A DNA stretch of 64,000 nucleotides from an uncultured Verrucomicrobiae bacterium (lineage in GTDB: Bacteria > Verrucomicrobiota > Verrucomicrobiia > Chthoniobacterales > UBA10450), in the NCBI GenBank assembly GCA_963815455.1, contig CAWFGO010000003.1, positions 672,001 to 736,000 on the forward strand. Direction: 5' to 3'. The notes beneath the pieces were generated by a model. The model had not been told where the DNA came from, did no database searches, and saw nothing but the letters and a program-made list of their open reading frames with translations. Positions within the stretch are counted from its first letter, which is position 1. Every line of letters starts with the position of its first letter. The position numbers were made by a program, and so were the translations under genes. Below, one piece after another: positions 19,901-29,916 of the stretch.

Positions 19901-20320
19901 CAGGGCGCCAATTCAAATCAACACAAGGTGATCGTGACCTTCAATAATCCCGTTACGATCAATGGAAATCCGCAGGCTACCGTCACATCGGGAAATGGGC
20001 AGGTCGACAACGTCGCCATTAATGGATCGGTAGTGACTGTCGATCTTAGCGGCATCGATAACGCGCAGACAATTGCGCTTACATTGAACAATGTGACCGA
20101 TGGCACAAACGCCGGCAACGTCACCGTGCCGATGAGCGTTCTCCTAGGCGATACCAATGCCAACCGCCTAGTTAACAGCTCGGACATCAGCCAGACCAAG
20201 GCGCAAAGTGGAAATGCCGTTAGCGCATCCAATTTCCGTGAGGACGTCAATGCGAACGGTGAAATCAACAGCTCCGATATCGCCGTAGTCAAAGCCCAAT
20301 CGGGGACAGCGCTTCCGTAG
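16967..20320 (+). CDS. Large secreted protein: Asp-box/BNR propeller, FN3 and C-terminal Ig-like + dockerin module
   Basis: Signal peptide; Asp-boxes SVDGGLTY, SEDNGTTW, SSDHGLTW, TFDGGSTW; FN3 (YQILRS...YYYKVVAQN); C-terminal VSRKTHG...GDTNANRLVNSSD...DVNANGEINSSD. Confidence 0.85.
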   Translation: MKTNSSSAAARVLLVTPFLIISLFFFALAFSNLVAGDSGRAMTSRNSPDAVVPTNFSGTFDPHAYPCATARHHFMVPAGQARIVVHVDALLPANDITVTLLYGPDPLPVFVQTEDTGVGSEVLTYSPGAVPAGEYQVQICQAGNAAVSMPPYDYNGVFAYDDAGVGTPPPPTGPLTAAPQDPGAKVGYENFEPPGVLTPTVVTSSGGVTVEYLGRYAIEPSIGANWNTGTISYQSDLETLFVTFDDSCSLMTPKATWVNRPANISILVDSDPILFTDRQTNRTFASSLTLLSPSTAKNAYTDNDGLNWTPTQTGGIASAVDHQTIGGGPFHAPLIPPPPPAYQNAVYYCSQDIAFASCALSVDGGLTYGPAIPMYALTACGGLHGHVKVAPDGTVYLPNRSCSGAQSVVVSEDNGTTWQVRPVHTLTQSAAPSTVGSGDDPAVSIDSAGKVYFAFSNFGTQAGVAVSSDHGLTWTNMVDVGAPYGLNNVCFPAATAGDAGRAAVTFYGSVTPNGGANGNSNNGTFNGVWHLFVAHTFDGGSTWTTTDVTPTMPMQRSGLLRGGGADAWRNLADFYDLTTDKDGRVLVGYSNGCAGGNCGQAPVNPDGTSPVKGNAYSSVASIARQSSGRRMLAAHDPGSLTSEPGMPFVTHLRKGNSVSLMWNQADTGNSPITGYQILRSTTPGTETPFATVTGTQTGGSYTDTTATDRTVTYYYKVVAQNGVGNSCPNNEIAAPFIGDTCTGLIIHRNDPSHPESTGGGSAGQPPTPQLLIDYIAVGEPAGTDNLVFKMKLVDLSTLPPNSRWRISWDWYNPTLDTQLYYIGMRTDENGAVSFEYGTLADAGVPAVLVLGETMRGPCLPETNYSSDGTITMYVPRSAVGNPQPGDLLGAIAGKTITGDTPDTNTLERSTSFVDHTFIKGTADTAYPAATYTIVGNTTCPSGVIVPVGAVSRKTHGSAGDWDIDLPLTGNPGIECRKGQGANSNQHKVIVTFNNPVTINGNPQATVTSGNGQVDNVAINGSVVTVDLSGIDNAQTIALTLNNVTDGTNAGNVTVPMSVLLGDTNANRLVNSSDISQTKAQSGNAVSASNFREDVNANGEINSSDIAVVKAQSGTALP

Positions 20321-20355
20321 CGGACATCCTAAACAATTGGTATTACCGCGCAGGC

Positions 20356-20385
20356 GCAGGGCGTTGGCTTGAGCCAACGCCCTGT
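20356..20385 (+). terminator. Stem-loop after the large secreted-protein gene
   Basis: gcagggcgttggc-ttga-gccaacgccctgt 13-bp stem; no U-tract. Confidence 0.5.
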
Positions 20386-20449
20386 GCTCCGGTGGCGAAG
20401 CATCTGGAGTTGTTGCCGAAACCGCGTTATTGCATTAAGCCGGTCTAGG

Positions 20450-20923
20450 ATGTCTACCGCCATTCAGCCGCGCCGCCGCTCTTTTGCCGAGGGCAAGCGT
20501 ACGTTCATGATCGTGGCCAGCCAGTTCAACGCGCCCTTTGTGCAGGGTCTCATCGATCATGCCACCCGAGAATTGCAGACCCTCGCGCCCAACGCAACGA
20601 CCTCACTTCAACGGGTGCCGGGCGCATTCGAGATTCCAGTCGTCGTGCGCCAATTCGCGCTGCAAAAAGCAGCGGATGCCATCATCGCCTGCGGCGTGAT
20701 CTTGAAAGGCGAGACGGGTCACGCGGAAAATCTCAGCCGCTCGGTGACCGACGCGCTGCAACGCATCGCGGTCGATCACGGCGTTCCCGTGATCAACGCG
20801 GTCCTTAGTTTCGATACCGAATCGCAAGCGCGCGAGCGTTGTCTCGAGGACCGGATCAACCGCGGGACTGAGGCCGCACGCGCGGCCGTGGAAATCGCCA
20901 ATGTGATGTCGGAGCTTCGATAA
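20450..20923 (+). CDS. ribH: 6,7-dimethyl-8-ribityllumazine synthase
   Basis: IVASQFN, VPGAFEIP, GVILKGETGH, RGTEAA; precedes nusB. Confidence 0.93.
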   Translation: MSTAIQPRRRSFAEGKRTFMIVASQFNAPFVQGLIDHATRELQTLAPNATTSLQRVPGAFEIPVVVRQFALQKAADAIIACGVILKGETGHAENLSRSVTDALQRIAVDHGVPVINAVLSFDTESQARERCLEDRINRGTEAARAAVEIANVMSELR

Positions 20924-20927
20924 TTTC

Positions 20928-21380
20928 ATGGGCAAGCGCCGCCGAGCCCGCGAAGTGGCCATTCAATACCATTTCTGGCGCGATCTCCAGGGCGGCGCCG
21001 GTCCCGAGCGGATCGATGATTTCTGGGAATTTTGTCCGGTCAAACCGAGCGTGCGCGAGTTTGCCCAGCCGCTTATCGAAGGAATGGTTACCCACCTGCC
21101 GGAGATCGACGACCGTATTCGCCGCTATTGCGAGAACTACGATTTCCATCGCATCTCCGCGGTCGATCGGAATGTCTTACGTCTGGCCATCTTCGAAATG
21201 CTGTATCGCGACGACATTCCGCCGGTGGTCTCGATCAACGAAGCGATCGAGCTGGCCAAGACTTTTGGCGGCGGTGAATCCGGCCGTTTCGTTAACGGCA
21301 TCCTCGACCGGGTGAGAAAAGATTTGACCAGACCGTCCCGTGAAGCGGTCGCGTCGTCGCAGAAGGAGAGCCCGGATTAA
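20928..21380 (+). CDS. nusB: Transcription antitermination factor NusB
   Basis: RRRARE, VDRNVLRLA, VSINEAIELAK, FVNGILD. Confidence 0.96.
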   Translation: MGKRRRAREVAIQYHFWRDLQGGAGPERIDDFWEFCPVKPSVREFAQPLIEGMVTHLPEIDDRIRRYCENYDFHRISAVDRNVLRLAIFEMLYRDDIPPVVSINEAIELAKTFGGGESGRFVNGILDRVRKDLTRPSREAVASSQKESPD

Positions 21381-21397
21381 GACCCGGCAAACAAGCG

Positions 21398-21473
21398 TGT
21401 CATCCCGAGCGGAGCGAGGAATCTCTCGAAGCTCTATGAGATTGAGAGATGTTTCGCTTTGCTCAACATGACA
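21398..21473. repeat. GTCATCC-type palindromic element, copy 3
   Basis: tgtcatcccgagcggagcgaggaatctc...gagatgtttcgctttgctcaacatgaca between nusB and ftsY. Confidence 0.8.
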
Positions 21474-21513
21474 GGCTTTGTGGTGGCCGCGCCTCTTACC
21501 CGCCGTCGCATCA

Positions 21514-22362
21514 ATGAAGTTCCTCGAAACCCTCGCCCAACAATTCAGCGGTAAGCCGATCGATTGGGACCAACTCGAAGAATCACTCATCCGCGCCGAT
21601 CTCGGCGTGCCGATGACTTCACGAATTCTCAAAACGTTGCAGGACCAGGAAGCCTGGTCCTTGCTCGGAATCAGCGACGTCATCAAAGTCGCCCGCGAAG
21701 AAATCTCCCGGATTCTGCCGAACAAACCCGCCCCGATTCGTCCAGGGCCAGGAAAACCCGTCGTGATCCTGATTGTTGGTGTGAATGGCACCGGCAAAAC
21801 AACATCGACAGCGAAACTCGCGCATTATCTACAACAAGATCGACATCGTATCATGCTCGCCGCGGCGGACACGTTTCGCGCCGCGGCGATCGAACAGCTC
21901 GGCATTTGGGCCGAACGCTTAGGCGTCGAAATGGTTCGCGGTCAATACAACGCCGATCCGGCTGCGCTTTGTTACGAGGCCTATCAGGCCGCCGCCAAAC
22001 GAAAGGCCGATTTCCTGCTGTGCGATACTGCCGGCCGGCAACACACCAAAACAAATCTCATGGCCGAGCTTCAAAAAGTGAAACGAACGCTGACCAAGCT
22101 CGATCCGGAAGCGCCGCCGGAGACGTTTCTCGTTGTCGATGCTACAACGGGAGGCAACGCCCTCAGCCAGGCCCGCGAATTTCATCATGCGCTTGGTCTG
22201 GCCGGACTGATTGTCACCAAACTCGACGGCAGCGGCCAGGGCGGCGTCGTCGTTGCCATTCAGGACGAGCTCGGAATTCCCGCGAGATTCATTGGCACCG
22301 GAGAAAAAATTGAGGACTTCGCGCCGTTCGACGGGCGCGAGTTTGTCGCCAAGATGTTGTAG
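21514..22362 (+). CDS. ftsY: SRP receptor FtsY (NG domain only)
   Basis: GVNGTGKTT, DTFRAAA, DTAGR, TKLDG, GTGE. Confidence 0.95.
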   Translation: MKFLETLAQQFSGKPIDWDQLEESLIRADLGVPMTSRILKTLQDQEAWSLLGISDVIKVAREEISRILPNKPAPIRPGPGKPVVILIVGVNGTGKTTSTAKLAHYLQQDRHRIMLAAADTFRAAAIEQLGIWAERLGVEMVRGQYNADPAALCYEAYQAAAKRKADFLLCDTAGRQHTKTNLMAELQKVKRTLTKLDPEAPPETFLVVDATTGGNALSQAREFHHALGLAGLIVTKLDGSGQGGVVVAIQDELGIPARFIGTGEKIEDFAPFDGREFVAKML

Positions 22363-22377
22363 CCGAAGTTCAAACCC

Positions 22378-23883
22378 GTGGGAGAGCCAATCAAAGAAAC
22401 GTTCGCGCCGGAAGACGGTGTTGTTCCAGTCGCGGCGACCGGTTTACGCGGATTTCTCGCGAAATTCACCGTCTTAAAGGGAGCTCAACGCGAGCTGTGG
22501 CTCACGTTTCTAATCAAATTTCTCATCTTCACGCCCTACATGCTCACGTACCTAACGATGAAACTGTGGCTTTCGAAAGATCTCGGCTTTAGCGATCAAG
22601 CAGCGGTGTTGCTCGTCACTTTGGTTTTTGGGACGGCGATGACGGTCTTTACCTTGCTGGTTGGCTCAGTCACAGATGCGATTGGATTGCGTCGAACCTT
22701 TTTCTTGGGCGCTACTATCTGCACGGTTGCTCGGGGCGTAATGGTCTTTGCTACAATTCCCTCGCTGGCGCTTGCCTGCGGCGTGCTCCCACTAGCGGTC
22801 GGTGAAGCGCTTGGCACGCCGGTGCTGCTGGCCGCAACGCGGCGCTATTCCACAATCGCTCAGCGCTCGATCTCGTTCTCAATCATCTACGCGGTGATGA
22901 ACATCGCCTACACCGCTGCGGGATGGATTTTTGATTACGTTCGTAAACTGAACTTGCATTTTAGCTTGTTTGGATTCGCGCCAACGACGTATCAACAACT
23001 ATTCATCGTCAGCCTTGCCTTCGAGATCGCGGTCTTTCCGGTGATTTATTTTCTCCGCCGAGGAGCGGACGATCCAGACAAAAGTGCGGTCGTCGCCCAA
23101 GCGTCCCGCAGTCGCGATACAGTGGCGGCATTCTGGAAGGGTATTACCGAAACAATCCGGCATAGTGCGGTCGACACGGCACAGCTTTTTCGCCGATTGA
23201 TCGGCCAGTCCGCCTTCTACCGCTTGCTTGTTTTCTTTCTCTTCATCGGATTTCTCAAAGCCATCTTTATTGCGATGCAAACCATCTTTCCGACGTTCGG
23301 CATTCGTGAGCTCGGTCAAGACGCTCCGGTTGGAAAAATTAACGCTATCAACGCAATCGTTATCATTTTCCTGGCGCCGGTCGTAGGCGCGTTGACGCAA
23401 AAGATCACGTCCTATCGAATGGTCGTGTTCGGTGGAACGATTTGTGCAGCTTCGGTTTTCCTAATGGCGTTGCCGACGGAATGGTTCGTGCCTGCCGCTG
23501 ACAGCGGTATCGGACAATGGTTCGGTCACGGCTACCTGGGATTATTCGGCGGTATTAATCCCTATTACATCATGGCTGCGCTCTATCTAATCGTGTTTTC
23601 GATTGGAGAAGCCTTCTACTCGCCACGCACCTACGAGTATGCAGCCGCAATTGCCCCGAAAGGGCAGGAAGCCTCGTACGGTTCGCTTGCCTACCTGCCA
23701 TTCCTTGTGGGCAAGCTCCTTGTCGCCCCTGGGGGCTGGCTGTTGGCCGCGTTCTGTCCCGAGCACGGCCCGCGCCGTTCCGAAATAATGTGGCTCATCT
23801 TTGCTCTGGCAGCTTCGGTTGCGCCGCTTGGGTTGATTGCTTTTCGTCGCTATATTCGTGTTCCCGAAGCCGGTCGAGATTGA
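22378..23883 (+). CDS. MFS (POT-like) transporter
   Basis: ~12 hydrophobic segments; GSVTDAIGLRR loop motif; SIGEAFYSPR. Confidence 0.85.
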   Translation: MGEPIKETFAPEDGVVPVAATGLRGFLAKFTVLKGAQRELWLTFLIKFLIFTPYMLTYLTMKLWLSKDLGFSDQAAVLLVTLVFGTAMTVFTLLVGSVTDAIGLRRTFFLGATICTVARGVMVFATIPSLALACGVLPLAVGEALGTPVLLAATRRYSTIAQRSISFSIIYAVMNIAYTAAGWIFDYVRKLNLHFSLFGFAPTTYQQLFIVSLAFEIAVFPVIYFLRRGADDPDKSAVVAQASRSRDTVAAFWKGITETIRHSAVDTAQLFRRLIGQSAFYRLLVFFLFIGFLKAIFIAMQTIFPTFGIRELGQDAPVGKINAINAIVIIFLAPVVGALTQKITSYRMVVFGGTICAASVFLMALPTEWFVPAADSGIGQWFGHGYLGLFGGINPYYIMAALYLIVFSIGEAFYSPRTYEYAAAIAPKGQEASYGSLAYLPFLVGKLLVAPGGWLLAAFCPEHGPRRSEIMWLIFALAASVAPLGLIAFRRYIRVPEAGRD

Positions 23884-23958
23884 ACCGCCTGCCGGCAAAT
23901 TTGTCCAAGAATCCGGACTGCATTAACTTCCTCCGCGGGAGACTCAATTCCCCCGCGA

Positions 23959-24564
23959 ATGGGTTTTCAAACAATGAATAACGCAAGATCAGATCAAAAG
24001 ACCGGCTCACGATGGAGCCTCTGGCTCAGCTTGGTCGTGGCAATTTCTGTCGTCGCCGGATCGATTTTTTTCAGTCATGCTCAAGAACAGAAAACGGAGA
24101 ACGAAAAAGTGGACTCAACGAAACCAGCTCCTAGCGAGGCCGAGCTGCGGAAGAAGCTCAGCGACAGTCAATATCGAGTGATGCGGGAATGCGGAACGGA
24201 GCCGCCGTTCAACAACCCGTATTGGAACAATCACGCTCCCGGCATTTATGTCGATCCTATCAGCGGCGAACCGCTGTTCAGTTCCACTGATAAATTCGAT
24301 TCCGGCACCGGCTGGCCCAGTTTCACCAAACCAATCGCCAAGGATACCGTCGTGGAAAAACGCGATCCATCTCTCGGGATGGAACGCACCGAAGTCCGCT
24401 CGAAGAAAAGTGATTCGCACCTCGGCCACGTGTTTCCAGATGGCCCCGGCCCGACCGGCCAGCGTTACTGCATTAACTCGGCATCGCTTCGGTTCATTCC
24501 GGTGGAAAAACTGAAGGAAGAAGGCTACGGGGAATACCTGGTTCTTTTCGAGAAAAAGAAGTGA
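23959..24564 (+). CDS. msrB: Methionine-R-sulfoxide reductase with N-terminal signal/TM
   Basis: [34 protein letters not shown]. Confidence 0.95.
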   Translation: MGFQTMNNARSDQKTGSRWSLWLSLVVAISVVAGSIFFSHAQEQKTENEKVDSTKPAPSEAELRKKLSDSQYRVMRECGTEPPFNNPYWNNHAPGIYVDPISGEPLFSSTDKFDSGTGWPSFTKPIAKDTVVEKRDPSLGMERTEVRSKKSDSHLGHVFPDGPGPTGQRYCINSASLRFIPVEKLKEEGYGEYLVLFEKKK

Positions 24565-24607
24565 CGACGGAGGCGGTACTTTGCTTTAATCGCAAAAAAC
24601 CGCTTCC

Positions 24608-25195
24608 ATGAACGGCACCCGAATCACCGCCGACGATACGTCGCGGGTCAGTTTAGCCATCGGCTTCGGCGTAGCCGCGGTGGTCCTTATCGGAGTGGGC
24701 TACCTCGTTTTCTTTGGGTATTCGGTAAAGAAACAGACGGTCGGGTTCGATCCCAATCGGCCGATCCCCAGCAATGAAGTGCTCCGAGCCCGATTAAAAC
24801 CACAGCAGTATCGCGTGATCCGTGAGAATGGAACCGAGACACCTTTCCACAACGATTTTTGGGACAACAACCGCACCGGCATCTACGCCGATATTATCAC
24901 CGGCGAACCGCTATTCCTTTCTTTCGACAAGTTCGACAACAGCACAGGGCAGCTGACGTTCACGAAACCGATCTCGCCGGATCTCATCGTGGAAAAGCCG
25001 GATAATTCACATGGCATGCAGCGCACGGAGATTCGGGCCCGTCGGAGCGACGCCCACCTCGGGCACGTGTTCGCAGATCCGCAATCGCCCACCGGCCGGC
25101 GATATTCTGTTAACTCAGCAGCGTTCCGTTTCATTCCAATCGAACAATTAGAAGCGATGGGATACGAACAATATCGCCCGCTTCTGAACCGGTAG
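24608..25195 (+). CDS. MsrB-like paralog lacking the catalytic Cys
   Basis: GTETPF and HLGHVF are kept, but RYSVNSA and TGQLTF replace RYCINSA and TGWPSF; N-terminal TM. Confidence 0.85.
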   Translation: MNGTRITADDTSRVSLAIGFGVAAVVLIGVGYLVFFGYSVKKQTVGFDPNRPIPSNEVLRARLKPQQYRVIRENGTETPFHNDFWDNNRTGIYADIITGEPLFLSFDKFDNSTGQLTFTKPISPDLIVEKPDNSHGMQRTEIRARRSDAHLGHVFADPQSPTGRRYSVNSAAFRFIPIEQLEAMGYEQYRPLLNR

Positions 25196-25267
25196 GGCGA
25201 GATGCAGGTCACCGGCCGCGGCCGGTCGGACCGGCAAAACAATTCCACGGCATTGGGCAGCAGTTTG

Positions 25268-25292
25268 CGACGGTCGCGGACCGCCGCTACAG
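25268..25292 (-). repeat. GTAG-type REP
   Basis: Reverse strand ctgtagcggcggtccgcgaccgtcg: GTAG foot plus hairpin. Confidence 0.65.
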
Positions 25293-25302
25293 GAATGGCA
25301 CG

Positions 25303-26241
25303 ATGCCTAGCGATCCGCACAAATCGCACGAAACCTCCGCGCTCATCGCCGGCATCGCCGCTTTCGCCACCTGGGGATTGATTCCAGGCTATTGGAAACT
25401 GCTCAAAGCCGTTCCGGCTACCGAAATTCTCGCGCACAGATTCGTTTGGACCACCGTTTTTCTGGCGGTGCTCCTGAGCTGGCAGCGACGCTGGAGCGAA
25501 GTAAAGAGCAATGCCCAATCTCGACGCGCCGTTGTTTATTGCCTGGCCAGCGGATCGGCTGTGGCGACCAACTGGTTCCTCTTCATCTGGGCGGTGAACA
25601 TCGGCCACGTAATCGAAACCAGCCTCGGTTATTTTATGACACCGCTCATGAACGTCCTCTTCGGCGCGATTTTCTTTCGCGAACGGCTCACCCGTTGGCA
25701 GTTCGCGGCGGTCGCGCTGGCTGTGTTTGGCGTGCTGAATCTCACGTTCGGCTATGGCCATTTCCCATGGATCGCTCTCTCGCTGTGTGTGTCGTTTGGC
25801 CTTTACGGACTGCTCCGGAAAAAATCCGGCACCGCTGCGATCCCGGGATTATTTTTCGAAACCACTTTGCTCGTTCCGCTGGCGATCGTTTATCTCACGG
25901 TGTTGCAGGCAAACGGCAGCCTGATGTTTGGCCAGACGAGTTTGCGGTTGTCGATCCTACTCGTCGCCAGCGGTATCGTGACTGCGGTCCCCCTGCTCTG
26001 GTTTGGCTACGCCACACGACACTTGCGTCTGACGACTGTCGGCTTCCTGCAATACCTGGCGCCCACCGGCACATTTTTCCTCGGTGTCTTTCTTTACCAC
26101 GAACCGTTCACCCGCGGTCATCTCATCACGTTTAGTTGCATCTGGATCGCGCTCGCCATTTTCACCGGAGAAGCAATTTTGCGGTGGCGATCGACGCGGG
26201 CGAGACAGGCGGTTGCCGAATCTGTTTGCGAGCCGATCTGA
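25303..26241 (+). CDS. rarD: EamA/RarD transporter
   Basis: WGLIPGYWK, EILAHR, ETSLGYF, SFGLYGLLRK, GFLQYLAPT. Confidence 0.93.
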   Translation: MPSDPHKSHETSALIAGIAAFATWGLIPGYWKLLKAVPATEILAHRFVWTTVFLAVLLSWQRRWSEVKSNAQSRRAVVYCLASGSAVATNWFLFIWAVNIGHVIETSLGYFMTPLMNVLFGAIFFRERLTRWQFAAVALAVFGVLNLTFGYGHFPWIALSLCVSFGLYGLLRKKSGTAAIPGLFFETTLLVPLAIVYLTVLQANGSLMFGQTSLRLSILLVASGIVTAVPLLWFGYATRHLRLTTVGFLQYLAPTGTFFLGVFLYHEPFTRGHLITFSCIWIALAIFTGEAILRWRSTRARQAVAESVCEPI

Positions 26242-26294
26242 TTAGGCAGGTGCAGTTGCATGGATGTCGATCCTCTATTCTTGTTACATCGACA

Positions 26295-26816
26295 ATGACC
26301 AAAGACGACTTCGATTACGCGATCGAGAATACGCAGGTGATTCTCGCACCCGAGCAGCAGATTGCGACGTTCGGCAATACCAGTTTCAATTTCTATCTCA
26401 TTTCCGAATTAATGGATCGGGTCGATCAAGTCCGGGTCCGTAACGGAAAAATCCACGCCGAGCGGCCGCAAATTCTTACGCCGGAACATTATTCCAAGCT
26501 GTTGCTGGACGGTTTCGGCGACAAAGCACAGCGCTATGTCGATCAATTACGCGAACGTCTGCACAACATCGCGGTGCTGCGTTACGGCTTCCAATTTCGC
26601 AAAACGGATGTGACCGAGGAAACGCTGCGAGATTCGATGGACGCCGTGATTAGCCGCACCAAGCGCCGCGTCGAAAACGAAAACGAACCGCTCAGCGCCG
26701 TCATCCAGGGCGTCGATGACGCCTGGGAAGTATGCCTGCTCAAGTTCACCATCGACATGATCGAAAGGTCGAGCGGCAGCAACATCGGCGACTTTCGCAA
26801 ACGCGGACTTATTTAA
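26295..26816 (+). CDS. Hypothetical protein
   Basis: Host-like codon usage; MTKDDFDYAIENT...TFGNT...WEVCLLKF; start ATG 26295 inferred. Confidence 0.75.
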   Translation: MTKDDFDYAIENTQVILAPEQQIATFGNTSFNFYLISELMDRVDQVRVRNGKIHAERPQILTPEHYSKLLLDGFGDKAQRYVDQLRERLHNIAVLRYGFQFRKTDVTEETLRDSMDAVISRTKRRVENENEPLSAVIQGVDDAWEVCLLKFTIDMIERSSGSNIGDFRKRGLI

Positions 26817-26948
26817 GATCGACTGTTAAGAGCTTGATAACGATGAATCGCTCCTAGGTACAATCCGCCAGATTTCAACGCGTACGTTTTCCACAGTTCC
26901 ACTTAGCAGAGGCAGAGCAGCTGGTCGTTTCACCGGCCCGTTAAGACC

Positions 26949-28032
26949 GTGATCGCATCTCTCTACGATTTGCTCTCGCCGTTCCTGCCGGAAAGCGCGT
27001 CAACTACCGCCGCCGGCCTAACAGTGTGGGCTTTCGTAATCGGTCTCGTTGTATGGTTCTCGCACATGTTTTTTAAAGCCTTCGAGGACCATATCAAAGC
27101 CGCGATCAGATGGCTGTTCAAGACATGGGCGCGTGGCGCTTTTGTCGCAAGTTGGATCGGATTCATAGCGTTTGCCGCAATTTGTAAATCGGCAGTGATG
27201 TTTGCGACCGCACTTGTCGTCGCGCCGCTGCTAGTCCTGTTCCGATATTATCGTCGATTGGCGTTCTGGCTTGTGGCCGCAATCTCCGTGTTAGTTATGA
27301 CCGGTTCATTCGGAATTGATCAGTACCGCAAAAACAAGGATCGGCAGGCCGTAAGTGTGGTACTTTGTCCTGGCGTTCGAAAACAAAGGCATGGCTCTTT
27401 ACGAGCCCGAGGTTGAAAAGATCTGGGTAGATTGCAAACAGACGTTGCAGAATGACGTGTTTCGCGCCGTCTCCTGGGTGCAAATCAATCCGAAATCCGA
27501 AGAGTATAAGGTCAATCGATGGGATTTGACTCATCCGGAGCGTATTTTGGCGCAGGACTCCCCGGACGTTCTATTGAGGACATGGATTGTGGTTTTTGAG
27601 GGAGATCCAAAAACAGTCAGGGCGGTGTCGGAGTTGACCAAACTGGTCCCTCCGAGTTCGCTCGTACCGCTGGAAATCGAGCCGTCTTCGCAAACGCTCT
27701 ATACGCGCCTCGTCGACAGCGACTTTATGTCACTCGGTATTGCTGCATGGCTTTGGCGATCGCTCGAAGAGAAACACGCGGACCGTGTCCGTCCGTCGGA
27801 TTGTACTGCAGTCAACCAGCGTATTCTCAGTCTGGACTGCTCATTCCTCGAACGTAACCGACCCGATTCTCCGTTAATTTCAAAGGTGCGCGCGGCATTG
27901 GCCTCACCGACCGACATCGATGTCCGCGACCTCCTAAACGAATATCCGCAGCCGGACAACGCGAAGGCAGTAGCAGCGCAGGAGGAGGAGAAGAGCAACG
28001 AAATCGCAAGCAGGATCGCACCCGACGGGTAG
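26949..28032 (+). CDS. Hypothetical membrane protein (frameshift at ~27360)
   Basis: N-terminal TM helices (ORF 26949) join ORF 27355 after removing one G (gtgg), giving ...AVSVYFVLAFEN... Confidence 0.6.
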
Positions 28033-28043
28033 CAGTTGTACGC

Positions 28044-29910
28044 ATGAATCCAACCTCGCAAGTTAACAGTCCTACTCGTTCGTTGTCGGGGTCCATAACC
28101 CCCATTTGGTTGACCGCCAATTGGAGTTTTATTCTCGTGCTTGCTGTTCTGATTATTTCCGCGGCGTGGAGCTTTGTGACCCATGAGCGGTTTGTTCCCC
28201 GAGAATTGCAGGTACATTCCGCCCGAGAATGCCCTCTTCGTTGCCACCGGCCCGCTCGACTCGCTTTGGCACGCGGTTGACGCGCATTTCGGATCAGTAA
28301 TCCAGCCGCTGACGGAGGGCCATCCAAAAGAAGCCCACAAGGGATCGGTAAGGACAGCCGTTGAAAATCTCCAGGAAAATCTTGCTAAGAATAATTTGCC
28401 CGTCGCGCACCTTTCCAATTTCGCTGCCTACGGTATAGATGCCGCGCGCGGTATATTCGCCAGTTTGTATCGCGCCGATAACGAGACGATGGGCCCGTTT
28501 GTCTTCGTCATTCCGATTCTCAATCAGTCGACATTTAAAGACACTTTGCGGCGCCTCTACCCCAAGGACACAATGGAAGTGACGCAGATTCCCGGCATTA
28601 GTAAGACAGCGAATTCATTCAAAATAGCGGAGATTTACATGAGTTTTCCGGAGACAGGGATCGCTCTTCTCAGCGATAATCCCGAGCTTCTCGCCCGCAG
28701 TTTGCGCGATCGGTCGGCTAACCTCGAGTATGCGCGTCGCAATGACGATTTGTATGATGGAGTTCGACAATGCCTCGGAAGTCCAATCGGCACCGGACCG
28801 ACAGCTTTTGTCTTTGCCCGGCCCAATCTGCCAGGAGTTCTGCACATTAGCATTGGCTTGAATTTGCGAAAGGATGACGTGCTGCTCAAGGCTCAACTTG
28901 GCGTCCGCAGCAACGTCGTGAAACTCATCAATGATCTGCTCGCCCATCCACCCACCGATGCCGCTTGGTCGAAACGTCTTCCATCCGAGGTGGCGAGCGT
29001 CGTCCTGCTTCAGGACAAGACTCTCGGACAGATTATTGGCACACTGGGTTCGTGGTGCCCCATCATCAAAGATGTTCTTCAGAAGATGTACGGCGGGTTC
29101 TTGTGGAGTCTGCGAGATTCGCCGATGCTGTCGCGCGTCGTAATTGCCGTCTCGGGATATCGCGATGGCCTGCCCGAGGTGCTTACGGGGATCTGGGGAG
29201 ATCAGACGCAAATCGAATCCGAGCTACGAAAACTACAGATCCAATTCCGCCGGGACCGTGATGTCGAAATTCTAACGGCGGTGAACCTTACCATGGTAGC
29301 CGGTTCTTCTCTCGATCGGGTCTCCATCCTCTCGCCGGAGCCATTTTCCACGTTCGGCCGCTACACGCAGGGTCCGGAGGGTGAATTTAGCGGCCAGCCG
29401 ACAGCGCAGGATCTCGCGAATGAAACTTACACAAAGCAGGTTGCAGGACAGGTGATCCACTACGTCGCGCCGCGCCTGACCGCAAACGACCGCCGTTTTC
29501 GCAAGCAGTTTGAGAAATTAAGCGATGCCGAACTGGAGGACAGTGAGGGATTGGATCGGTATCGGATAGCCTACGTGTCGCATGAGGGTGCCGTCTGGCT
29601 GGCGACCAATATTAACGATCTCAAAACGCTACTCGCTGCAAGGAGCGACAGCTTGAGCAACAGCCCCTACTTCACTTCATCAACGCATCGCCAGAACGCC
29701 CGCGACAAGATGCAGATCTTCCTCAACATCGACCAACTCACAAAGTTCGGACTGCTAAGTCCGCAAAGCTCCATCGAAGACTTCGTCAAAGATTATTTGA
29801 TGGATCTGCGCGATCATCCGGCCGTGGCGATTGATCTACAGCCGTGCGGGGCCAGACGTGAGTGTCTCAGCATCTCCGTGCGATTCCTGAGTCGGGCGGC
29901 TATCCGGTAA
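28044..29910 (+). CDS. Membrane-anchored hypothetical protein, possibly DUF3352-like (frameshift at ~28200)
   Basis: TM anchor in ORF 28044 joins ORF 28183 after removing one C (cccc), giving ...RFVPENCRYIPPENALF... Confidence 0.6.
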
Positions 29911-29916
29911 ACAAAC

